Source of the DNA: a virus
Taxonomy: Duplodnaviria > Caudoviricetes
IMG/VR virus record: IMGVR_UViG_3300034788_000438
Span: 1 to 51,454 of that record
Strand: one strand, 5' to 3'
Length of the DNA stretch: 51,454 nucleotides
In this document: piece after piece, positions 25,413-32,978 of the stretch
How positions within the stretch are numbered: the stretch's first letter is position 1
How the letters are laid out: each line of letters begins with the position of its first letter
Made by a program: the position numbers and the translations under genes
The notes under the pieces: generated by a model
What the model was told of the DNA's origin: nothing
Seen by the model: the letters and a program-made list of their open reading frames with translations, nothing else
The model's database searches: none

Positions 25413-25674
25413 CAAAGGCCACGGCTCCGGCGACGGCTCCGGCGACGGCTACGGCCACGGCCACGGCCACGGCTCCGGCTATGGCTCCGGCCACGGCTAC
25501 GGCTACGGCTACGGCTCCGGCAACGGCTCCGGCGACGGCAACGGCAACGGCCACGGCTACGGACACGGCAACGGCTACGGCTACGGCTCCGGCAACGGCT
25601 ACGGCAACGGCTCCGGCGACGGCGACGGCTACGGCAACGGCTCCGGCGACGGCGACGGCTACGGCTACGGCTAA
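25399..25674 (+). CDS. Gly-X (X=Y,S,D,N,H) dipeptide-repeat protein
   Basis: MSATNK(GHGSGDGSGDGYG...); start overlaps the upstream gene by 14 nt. Confidence 0.7.
   Translation: MSATNKGHGSGDGSGDGYGHGHGHGSGYGSGHGYGYGYGSGNGSGDGNGNGHGYGHGNGYGYGSGNGYGNGSGDGDGYGNGSGDGDGYGYG
25418..25671. repeat. degenerate hexamer tandem repeat GGC(TAC/TCC/GAC/AAC/CAC), about 42 units
   Basis: Directly visible. Confidence 0.95.
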
Positions 25675-25890
25675 AGGAGGTGATCAGTATCTAAGCCAAA
25701 GTTACCGGCTGGCAAGCTGGCCGGTGACACCGCTTCTTTGCAGATAGCCCCAGCTTTTTTTTCATAAAGTCGAGTTGTTTGGGGAAACTGCCGGATGATC
25801 CGGTCGGGGCTATCTACATGGGCGCGGCCGCCTGTCCGCCAGAAGTGAGGGTGAATGATATGGTTCACCGACAGGACGCGCCCAACCCAT
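25673..25890 (+). ncRNA. candidate structured RNA starting with an extended SD sequence
   Basis: AAAGGAGGTGATC, then stems 25701-28, 25742-51/25806-15, 25819-26/25877-84, 25831-36/25870-75 and 25850-55/25864-69. Confidence 0.45.
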
Positions 25891-25904
25891 AAGGAGAAGT
25901 TAAC

Positions 25905-26090
25905 ATGAGAGGAAAAAGAGTTATGGCAGCATTGGTTTTTTGGGTGGCAGTTTTGGCAGGATGGTTGACGCACATTGTCGTTGCCATCCAAGCAAAAGCT
26001 TGGGTCTTTATGATTGTTGGAGCATTGCTATCACCAGTGGCTGTTGTTCACGGCTGGTCTGTGTGGCTTGGCTTTGATTGGCTGCATTGA
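25905..26090 (+). CDS. small two-TM membrane protein
   Basis: 61 aa hydrophobic; AAGGAG RBS. Confidence 0.65.
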   Translation: MRGKRVMAALVFWVAVLAGWLTHIVVAIQAKAWVFMIVGALLSPVAVVHGWSVWLGFDWLH

Positions 26091-26184
26091 CCCCCCCTGC
26101 CCACATCATCCGCCGCCCCTACCGCTACGGCTGGGCGTGGTTCAACACACACAGCAACAGGTTTCTATTTGAGGAGAAGACACA

Positions 26185-26421
26185 ATGACAAACGGCGCAG
26201 AACTGACAGCAGCGATTGAGGCGATTGAAGGCCTTGAGGAAGAGCGCGCACAAACAGCCGAGCTTATCAAGGAACGGTTTGGTGAATTGAAGTTGCGCGG
26301 CTATGACGTAAAGGTCATTAAGGAAATCATCCGCGAGCGCAAAAAAGACCCCAACGACGTTGCCGAGCAAGAGGCGGTCAAAGACCTCTACAAAGCAGCT
26401 ATGGAGCGGGTAAGTGACTGA
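26185..26421 (+). CDS. GapR/DUF2312-like DNA-binding protein
   Basis: IEAIEGLEEER...IKERFGELKLRGYDVKVIKEIIRERKKD...EQEAVKDLYKAAM. Confidence 0.85.
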   Translation: MTNGAELTAAIEAIEGLEEERAQTAELIKERFGELKLRGYDVKVIKEIIRERKKDPNDVAEQEAVKDLYKAAMERVSD

Positions 26422-26929
26422 TTGGAACGCACTAGCGCAAAGCATTCACCAAGCAAACGTTGATGCGGGATGGTGGGACGAATGGCCCAACCGCAAAGAC
26501 CGCTACAACACAGCCCGCATGTTGATTGTCACAGAGCTTGCAGAGGCCGCAGAGGGTGCGCGCAAGGATCTGATGGACGATCACCTACCACACCGCAAAA
26601 TGTTGGACGTTGAGCTTGCGGACTCGGCCATTCGCATTCTTGATCTAGCGGGGGCGTGTGGGGTTGACCTGTCTCGCGCAAACGACTTCGCTTGCCGTGT
26701 GTGGTTCAAGACGCTGGAAGGCTTGCGCAATGACCTTGAGGCGCTCGATTTGATTGTTGGTTCGGTGTATAAGAAGGGCATCGACGCCGCGCTTATCCGC
26801 ATCATCACTCTTTGCAAATACAAGCGCATTCCCTTGCTGGAAATCATCGAAGAAAAGCGGTTATATAACGCCCAGCGAGCAGACCACAAGCGCGAGAACC
26901 GCGCACAAGCAGGAGGGAAGAAGTGGTGA
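26414..26929 (+). CDS. MazG-like nucleotide pyrophosphohydrolase
   Basis: LIVTELAEAAEGARK...MLDVELADSAIRILDLAG...EKRLYNAQRADH. Confidence 0.8.
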   Translation: MTDWNALAQSIHQANVDAGWWDEWPNRKDRYNTARMLIVTELAEAAEGARKDLMDDHLPHRKMLDVELADSAIRILDLAGACGVDLSRANDFACRVWFKTLEGLRNDLEALDLIVGSVYKKGIDAALIRIITLCKYKRIPLLEIIEEKRLYNAQRADHKRENRAQAGGKKW

Positions 26930-27264
26930 GCAATGCGGATTTGATTAAGCGGCTGCGTGACCAGCCTGTCATGGCATGGTCGCCTCCTATTCTAAAGCAG
27001 GCCGCAGACGCTCTAGAGGCCCACGAATGGCGCACAGACATGGAGAACGCGCCGAGGGATGGGACTTGGATCAGGGCCTATTTTCCAGATTGGGCGGCAT
27101 GTGAGGAGCGCACAGGGCATCACGCACCAGGTCAAATCGATACGTATTGGGCTGGTTGCGATACGTACGGGCGCTGGCAAACACCTGGCCGAACCTCTAC
27201 GGACGAATACAAGCCAACCCACTGGAAGCCCCTCGACAACCCGCCAGACACACAGAACACTTGA
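26923..27264 (+). CDS. DUF551-like protein
   Basis: WRTDMENAPRDGT...PTHWKPL. Confidence 0.65.
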   Translation: MVSNADLIKRLRDQPVMAWSPPILKQAADALEAHEWRTDMENAPRDGTWIRAYFPDWAACEERTGHHAPGQIDTYWAGCDTYGRWQTPGRTSTDEYKPTHWKPLDNPPDTQNT

Positions 27265-27289
27265 CGCCAACCCACTCACGGTTGATAAT
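27261..27289 (+). promoter_or_regulatory. near-consensus sigma70 promoter
   Basis: TTGACG-N17-GATAAT. Confidence 0.75.
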
Positions 27290-27295
27290 AACAAC

Positions 27296-27380
27296 ACTGC
27301 GTGACTAATCACTGCCTCACGCTTTCAACTTCCCTGTTGATTACTTGACCCCGCTGGCTCTCCTCGGCGGGGTCTTTTTT
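27296..27380 (+). ncRNA. candidate ~85-nt three-hairpin sRNA with CU-rich anti-SD loops
   Basis: Between promoter and terminator, no ORF; stems GCGTGA/TCACGC, TCAAC-ttccct-GTTGA and GACCCCGCTG-gctctcct-CGGCGGGGTC. Confidence 0.7.
27347..27380 (+). terminator. intrinsic terminator
   Basis: 10-bp GC stem followed by T6. Confidence 0.85.
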
Positions 27381-27413
27381 ATGGCTACCCCTTTTCTCAG
27401 CAAATCCCCCACC

Positions 27414-27430
27414 TGCGACAACACGCCACG
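27414..27430 (+). promoter_or_regulatory. RegA-like box upstream of 27479
   Basis: TGCGACAACACGCCACG, with TAGTGT 22 nt downstream. Confidence 0.5.
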
Positions 27431-27478
27431 TTACCTCGTCACCCTGACGTGATAGTGTAGAGCAAAAGGAGAGATGTT

Positions 27479-27820
27479 ATGAGATTTATCAGAAATAAGG
27501 TCCGCAATTGGTTAGGGATTGACGCCTTAGAGGTGCGCCTCACTGCCGCTTATTCTTGCATCGGACGCGCTGATGAGAAGTTAAAGCAACGCATGGATGA
27601 GCTTGACCGTCTAACCCACATGGATGCAGACGTTGGTTATCGTTCAGGGTGCACTATTATTATCTCTGGCATGTATCGCGGGCGCGCTTACGTTCAAGCC
27701 TATGACGTGGGCCATGAAGAGTTTCGGCATACGGTTGAGCGTTACAAGGGTATGAGAAAGCATGGGTTTATTCGAAATGTTGATTACCCGATAGGATTTA
27801 ACGGAAGCTTTGAGATTTAG
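27479..27820 (+). CDS. hypothetical protein
   Basis: 113 aa; AGGAGAG RBS. Confidence 0.7.
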   Translation: MRFIRNKVRNWLGIDALEVRLTAAYSCIGRADEKLKQRMDELDRLTHMDADVGYRSGCTIIISGMYRGRAYVQAYDVGHEEFRHTVERYKGMRKHGFIRNVDYPIGFNGSFEI

Positions 27821-27832
27821 AGGAGAGAACAC

Positions 27833-28156
27833 ATGACAGACACAAACTACAATGACGGAAAGTGGCACGGGTGGAACGGCGGGGAATGTCCGGTGCATCC
27901 TAAGACTGAGGTCAGTATTTGTTTTTGCGATGGCGTTTCTGCCGTTCACGACCAATCTACCGCCGACCAATGGGAGTGGGAAAAAGCAGATGTAGTCGCC
28001 TTCCGCGTAACCAAGGAACACAAGGAGACGCGGGAGTTTTGGATTTCAAACAACGACGGATTTGCGCACGACAGTTTGGAGAGCGTCTTGCGTGATCCAC
28101 TTACGGAAAAGCACGGATACATCCACGTCCGCGAAGTCATCGGAGACGACACATGA
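27833..28156 (+). CDS. hypothetical protein
   Basis: YNDGKWHGWNGGECPVHP; AGGAGAG RBS. Confidence 0.7.
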   Translation: MTDTNYNDGKWHGWNGGECPVHPKTEVSICFCDGVSAVHDQSTADQWEWEKADVVAFRVTKEHKETREFWISNNDGFAHDSLESVLRDPLTEKHGYIHVREVIGDDT

Positions 28157-28401
28157 CTGACGCACCAGAACGCATTTGGGCGGGATGGGTTGGTTCTCCA
28201 GATTGGGCAGAGCCTGTTTGGGAAGATGAGCCAGACGAAGGCCTAACGCCCTACATCCGCGAAGACCTCGCCCGCGCCGCACCTACTGTAAAGCCGCTGC
28301 CTGATGTTGATACGCTTGCAAACATCATTCGCACAGTTGATGGAAGCCACAGCCTTGGTGCCGGTGAGCTTGCAGAGCGCATTCTCAGCGCATTGAAATA
28401 G
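28153..28401 (+). CDS. hypothetical protein
   Basis: MTDAPERIWA...YIREDL pattern; ATGA overlap. Confidence 0.65.
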   Translation: MTDAPERIWAGWVGSPDWAEPVWEDEPDEGLTPYIREDLARAAPTVKPLPDVDTLANIIRTVDGSHSLGAGELAERILSALK

Positions 28402-28411
28402 GAGAGATGAG

Positions 28412-28609
28412 ATGACTACACAAAACGACAAAGACCGCCTAGAGCGAATTGCTACTGCTGCGATGCAGGGGTTGCTTGCACGCCCCGACGTCAAGCCACG
28501 GGACCCGTGGCTAAAGCCACGGGACGATTATATGAATAACTGGCGATATGGAGTTGCAAAGGAATCCGCTCGACTGGCCCGCGCTCTTATCGCTGAACTG
28601 GACAAGTAA
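28412..28609 (+). CDS. hypothetical protein
   Basis: IATAAMQGLLA...ARALIAEL pattern; AGGAGAG RBS. Confidence 0.7.
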   Translation: MTTQNDKDRLERIATAAMQGLLARPDVKPRDPWLKPRDDYMNNWRYGVAKESARLARALIAELDK

Positions 28610-28656
28610 ACCCCAAGCCAGCACTGGGAGGGCTATAAGCCAGCTTGGGGCAGGCA

Positions 28657-28685
28657 TTGCTAGCGCTTTGCCCGTATGGTATGGT
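28657..28685 (+). promoter_or_regulatory. candidate late-operon promoter
   Basis: TTGCTA-N17-TATGGT after a CCCCAAGC/GCTTGGGG hairpin. Confidence 0.45.
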
Positions 28686-28710
28686 ATCCCTAAACGCATA
28701 GGGTGTGCCA

Positions 28711-29010
28711 ATGGCTAGAAATCAAGAAACTATAGTTTGCGAAAACGGTGCCTGGACACAGTTGACCAATGCAGACGTGACTTCCATTACATTTCAAGTG
28801 TTACTTGGGGATGTTTATTTGCGGTTTACCACAGATCAAACACAGCCCTCAGAGGCTCAAGGCATGTTGTTTTCTCAGTGGTCAGGCGTGACCAAAAAAC
28901 CTCTATCTGAGCTTACGTCTTTATCCGGCGCTGCAAGGGTTTGGGCAAAGCCCGTTTCTGGAAATGGGGCAGTTGTAGATACTGCCGCAGTTTACGTAGA
29001 CCACGGATAA
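28711..29010 (+). CDS. small beta-rich protein, probably virion-associated
   Basis: About 99 aa; first gene of the late block. Confidence 0.6.
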   Translation: MARNQETIVCENGAWTQLTNADVTSITFQVLLGDVYLRFTTDQTQPSEAQGMLFSQWSGVTKKPLSELTSLSGAARVWAKPVSGNGAVVDTAAVYVDHG

Positions 29011-29025
29011 AAGGGGGAATGTGTT

Positions 29026-29574
29026 GTGAGACGCCCAGAAACACGTTTCTTACAAGCAGACAACGCGGGAATTGACAGGATTGGCGCTTTAGACAGTCAT
29101 TTGGGCCTTGCAGACTACAACGACACGTCAACCGCCACAACGCCCCTAGCTCTGGTTGCCGACACATGGACCACACTGCCAAATGACGGGCTTGGCACGT
29201 TTTCGCAAGAGAACCTGCCCAACGGCGTGACAACGCTTTTGGATGACACTACCGGCGCGCTCGACATCTCCGAACTGACGCAATATTCGGATATTTTCAT
29301 CCGCCCAGACTTTACGGTCACGCCTAACAGCAACAACGCAGATCTTGAATTTCGCTTCCTTCTTGGCGCTGGTCCAAGCCAATATACGTTGCCCACGTCT
29401 TTTGGGCGCTTGGACTTGGGCGCGGGGATTGAATATCGGCGCGGAACTAATGCGCTTTACATCTACGCGGGCGACAGTAACACAATCGACAACCCCATTT
29501 TTCTGCAAGTCAAACTGAGCGCTAATGGCTCCGTTGTAAATGCGGGCATGGCTGTAAAGGTTTATAAGCGATGA
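29026..29574 (+). CDS. beta-sandwich protein, probably virion-associated
   Basis: 182 aa; Thr/Gly/Asp-rich beta-strand pattern. Confidence 0.6.
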   Translation: MRRPETRFLQADNAGIDRIGALDSHLGLADYNDTSTATTPLALVADTWTTLPNDGLGTFSQENLPNGVTTLLDDTTGALDISELTQYSDIFIRPDFTVTPNSNNADLEFRFLLGAGPSQYTLPTSFGRLDLGAGIEYRRGTNALYIYAGDSNTIDNPIFLQVKLSANGSVVNAGMAVKVYKR

Positions 29575-30857
29575 CGGTCAAGATTTATCGGGATGACGCG
29601 GCAAATGCCATCTTTGTTGAGGACAACAACGGGGCGCAGTTTCTCAACAACCTGCAAGCGGTCACAGACAGCCCGTCAGAAACAGTGTTTCGCATCCGCG
29701 ATAAGTCGCGCGACAACCTGCTTTTGTCCAATCTGGAAGCGGCTGACGTGGTGGATGACAATGACCAAGTTTATGGCGCTGACGTTTCATCTGTGGTTAA
29801 TGCGCTGAACGCTCTTTTCTCTGCGTCTGGAACGCCTGACGGTGTTGCCCCCGTCATCACGTCGGCAACAACGGTGAATTTGACAGAAGGCGACACGCTA
29901 AACTATGAGCTAACCGCTACAGGCGGTGTGGGCTATGAATGGAACAGCCTTCCAATCGGCGTCACAACGGTTGAGGGCAACTCGCGCAAGCTGATCGGCG
30001 GATCTGGCTTGTCTCCTGCGACTTACAACATCACGGCGACGGCCATCAACTACTTTGGGCAGGACAGTGAGACTATTGCTCTTGTCGTTTCTGCGCCGCC
30101 GTTCTCCAACACAAAGAGCATTAACTTCTCCAATCAAGACTATCTCGGCGCAAATGCGGCGCTCCTTGATGCGGAGTTGGGGCGCTCTGGCAATGGTTCT
30201 GGCAGCGGCGATGCGTGGACGATTAGTCTTTGGTATAAGGCCAGCACAGACAACCAAGGCCAAACGATTTTGTATTTTGGCAACAACGATATTGCCAACA
30301 ACGGCTATCTTGAGTTGCGGCAGGTAAACGCCAGCGGCGGTAAAAGGCTTCGCTTGCGCTACGGCTCAAACAACAACTATTTGCAGCTTGCAACACCCGC
30401 TGGCAGCTTAACCACTGGAACGTGGCAGCACATCCTTGTCACCTATGATGGCGGCACCACTGGCTCATCATCGGCTGATTTGTCCGATTATTACAGTCGC
30501 TTCACGATCAGGATAAACGACACTGTGCAAAGCACATCAAACACGCACTCAAATTATGGATATACCGGTTCCATCGTTGGGCAAAACTTCCGGCTGGGGC
30601 GTCTTGTTAGTGGCAACTCAATGCGTCAGGCGCGAGTTGATGAACTTGCGATTTGGGGTTCTGATCAAGACAGCAATCATTCTGACATTTACAACAGCGG
30701 CACGCCGTTTGATTTGGACACGCTGACGACTTCGCCGGATCACTGGTGGCGCATGGGCGACGGCGACACATACCCAAACATCCAAGACAATGTGGGAACT
30801 GCCACCTTTGTGATGTATAACATGACAGCAGCAGACATTGTGACCGACGCGCCATAA
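29571..30857 (+). CDS. Ig-like plus LamG/concanavalin-A-like lectin protein (head or tail fibre candidate)
   Basis: APVITSATTV...YELTATG Ig-like segment; WTISLWYK, WQHILVTYDG, VDELAIWG, HWWRMGDG. Confidence 0.75.
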   Translation: MTVKIYRDDAANAIFVEDNNGAQFLNNLQAVTDSPSETVFRIRDKSRDNLLLSNLEAADVVDDNDQVYGADVSSVVNALNALFSASGTPDGVAPVITSATTVNLTEGDTLNYELTATGGVGYEWNSLPIGVTTVEGNSRKLIGGSGLSPATYNITATAINYFGQDSETIALVVSAPPFSNTKSINFSNQDYLGANAALLDAELGRSGNGSGSGDAWTISLWYKASTDNQGQTILYFGNNDIANNGYLELRQVNASGGKRLRLRYGSNNNYLQLATPAGSLTTGTWQHILVTYDGGTTGSSSADLSDYYSRFTIRINDTVQSTSNTHSNYGYTGSIVGQNFRLGRLVSGNSMRQARVDELAIWGSDQDSNHSDIYNSGTPFDLDTLTTSPDHWWRMGDGDTYPNIQDNVGTATFVMYNMTAADIVTDAP

Positions 30858-30883
30858 CCAACCAGCAGAAAGGAGCCCGGCAT

Positions 30884-31279
30884 ATGGCCGACAAGCTTAC
30901 CCCAAAGCAGGAACAGTTTGCCCGAAAATTTGTTGAGTGCGGAATAGCAGCCGAGGCATATCGGTATGCCTACAATGTAGGCGAGAACACTACCCCAGAA
31001 AGCGTTTGGGTTAATGCGTGCAAGACACTTGGCAACGATAAGGTTGCACAAAGGGTTGCTGAACTGCAGGAAGCTGCGCAAAAACGCACACTTGTGACAG
31101 TCGAAAGCATCACCGCAGAGCTTAACGAAAGCCGCTCACTTGCAATAGAGCAGGACAACCCTGCGGAGATGACAAAGGCCACAATGGCCAAGGCAAAGAT
31201 CCATGGTCTTGATGTGCACAAGATTGATGCAAGCGTTGGCTTCAAGGTGACAATCAAAGACGACGACGCGGAGTTGTAA
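30884..31279 (+). CDS. terS: terminase small subunit
   Basis: KLTPKQEQFARKFVE...AEAYRYAY; directly upstream of terL. Confidence 0.85.
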   Translation: MADKLTPKQEQFARKFVECGIAAEAYRYAYNVGENTTPESVWVNACKTLGNDKVAQRVAELQEAAQKRTLVTVESITAELNESRSLAIEQDNPAEMTKATMAKAKIHGLDVHKIDASVGFKVTIKDDDAEL

Positions 31280-32604
31280 TGCCGCTGGACACCACAGGGT
31301 TTGAACTCACAGACAAGCAAAAGGAAGTGCGCGCGGTATTCACATGTGCTGCGCGCTATTTCCTTGTCTATGGGGGCAGTCGATCTGGCAAGACGTTCTT
31401 TATTTGCTACGCCATTGTTACCCGCGCGCTCATGGCCCCAGGTTCACGGCACATCATCTTTCGCAATGATGGCGTTGATGCCAAGCAGTCAGTTGGCAAC
31501 GAGACAATCCCCAAGGTGGTTGAGCTTGCCTATCCTGGTTTGCAACTCAAGTGGAACGACAAAGACGGCTATTACGAACTGCCCAACGGCGCGCAGGTTT
31601 GGCTTGCAGGCCTAAAGGATAAGGCGCGACTTGATAAGGCGCTTGGCAAAGAATACGCCACCATCTACCTGAACGAGGCCAGCCAGATCACGCTTGAGGC
31701 GTTTGAATTGGTCAAGTCACGTCTGGCGCAGGTGGTTATGCGTGAGGACGGCAAGCAGCTATCGCAAAAGCTCTACGTTGACCTGAACCCTACGACCTCG
31801 GCGCACTGGACCTATCAAATATTTGTTCTAGGCAAAGACCCAAGCGACAAGAGGCCCATTCCTGACCACGACAAGGACTATCGCTATGTGATGGTCAATC
31901 CCGTGGATAACATGGCCAACCTGTCACAGGACTACATTCGCAGCCTCGACAACATGCCAGAGCGCCAGCGCCGCCGCTTCTTTGAGGGCATGTATAACGC
32001 AGATGATGACAACGCACTGTGGAACCGTGGTGTGATTATCCACGAGGAACCGCCAGAGCTTGAGCGCATTGTTGTTGCAGTCGACCCCGCAACCACCACA
32101 AACGTAGGGTCAGACGAGACCGGCATTGTTGTGGCTGGGCAGGATGCGGCGCGGCGCGGGTATGTGCTGGATGATGATAGCGACCGGTTTAAGCCGGAGG
32201 AGTGGGCGCGCAGGGCTATCAGTTTGTACGACACATACGACGCGGATTGCATTGTTGCTGAGGCCAACCAGGGCGGCGAGATGGTAGCCAGCACGATCAA
32301 GGCTGCAGCGCGAGGCAGAACCATTCCGGTGAAGCTGGTACACGCATCACGGGGTAAGCATATCAGGGCCGAGCCTATTGCCGCTCTCTATGCGCAGGGC
32401 AAGGTGCGCCACGCAAAGCCCCTGTCAGATCTTGAAGACCAGATGTGCGCATTCAAGATTGACTTTGATCGCAAGGAAGAGGGTTACTCACCAGACCGCG
32501 TGGATGCGTTGGTGTGGGCGCTGACTGAGTTATTCCCGCGCCTGGTGAAGAAGACGCAGCGCAGATCATCTGGTCAATCCAAAGCTAAGGCGAGGTTCTT
32601 CTGA
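31279..32604 (+). CDS. terL: terminase large subunit
   Basis: Walker A YGGSRSGKT; IYLNEASQ; DLNP; VAVDPA; SPDRVDALVWA. Confidence 0.95.
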   Translation: MPLDTTGFELTDKQKEVRAVFTCAARYFLVYGGSRSGKTFFICYAIVTRALMAPGSRHIIFRNDGVDAKQSVGNETIPKVVELAYPGLQLKWNDKDGYYELPNGAQVWLAGLKDKARLDKALGKEYATIYLNEASQITLEAFELVKSRLAQVVMREDGKQLSQKLYVDLNPTTSAHWTYQIFVLGKDPSDKRPIPDHDKDYRYVMVNPVDNMANLSQDYIRSLDNMPERQRRRFFEGMYNADDDNALWNRGVIIHEEPPELERIVVAVDPATTTNVGSDETGIVVAGQDAARRGYVLDDDSDRFKPEEWARRAISLYDTYDADCIVAEANQGGEMVASTIKAAARGRTIPVKLVHASRGKHIRAEPIAALYAQGKVRHAKPLSDLEDQMCAFKIDFDRKEEGYSPDRVDALVWALTELFPRLVKKTQRRSSGQSKAKARFF

Positions 32605-32807
32605 TGGCTGATAAAACCATTCACTTTGACCACAAGACAGACCTCGACAGTGAGGAGGTGCGCGGTCACATCCGCATGCAAGCTCACATTACAGGCTATG
32701 AGTTGGTGGACTTCGGGTATAATGGACATGAGGGGCGACCCTATGTTACCTTGCGGAAAAGGAAGGTGCGACAAACCGCCGCGCCCAAAGCGAGGTTTTT
32801 CACATGA
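32604..32807 (+). CDS. hypothetical protein
   Basis: 67 aa, coupled; ends KARFFT like the TerL end KARFF. Confidence 0.6.
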   Translation: MADKTIHFDHKTDLDSEEVRGHIRMQAHITGYELVDFGYNGHEGRPYVTLRKRKVRQTAAPKARFFT

Positions 32808-32977
32808 ACCTATTCAGCAAGCCAAAGGCCCAAGCCCCAGCAACGCCGCCATCTATTGATGAGGCGCAGCAGCGTGTTGAAACTCAGCGTCGCGGACGTG
32901 GCATGCGTGGACGTGCAGCAACCATGCTGACCAACGGCGCAGCCCAGGCAGGCGCACGTCAAACCACGGGTAACTGA
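32804..32977 (+). CDS. small pre-portal virion protein (T7 gp7.3-like position), 57 aa
   Basis: Manual translation MNLFSKPKAQAPATPPSIDEAQQRVETQRRGRGMRGRAATMLT... Confidence 0.7.
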   Translation: MNLFSKPKAQAPATPPSIDEAQQRVETQRRGRGMRGRAATMLTNGAAQAGARQTTGN

Positions 32978-32978
32978 T

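Noticed and set aside
14248-25671. Hexamer arrays as CRISPR arrays or iterons
   Set aside because: No unique spacers, a 6-bp period that preserves frame, and no cas genes.
25481-25747. Poly-Ala/Thr ORF in the alternative frame of the Gly-X repeat
   Set aside because: It starts inside the repeat without an RBS; the Gly-X frame has a coupled start and a stop exactly at the repeat end.
25790-25884. Hammerhead or HDV-like ribozyme in the multi-stem region
   Set aside because: The CUGAUGA/GAAA core is absent and I could not build the nested pseudoknot by eye; kept only as an unclassified structured RNA.
32804-32977. Apparent frameshifted pre-portal gene suggested by the ORF track
   Set aside because: Manual translation gives an intact 57-aa ORF that is simply below the track cutoff.
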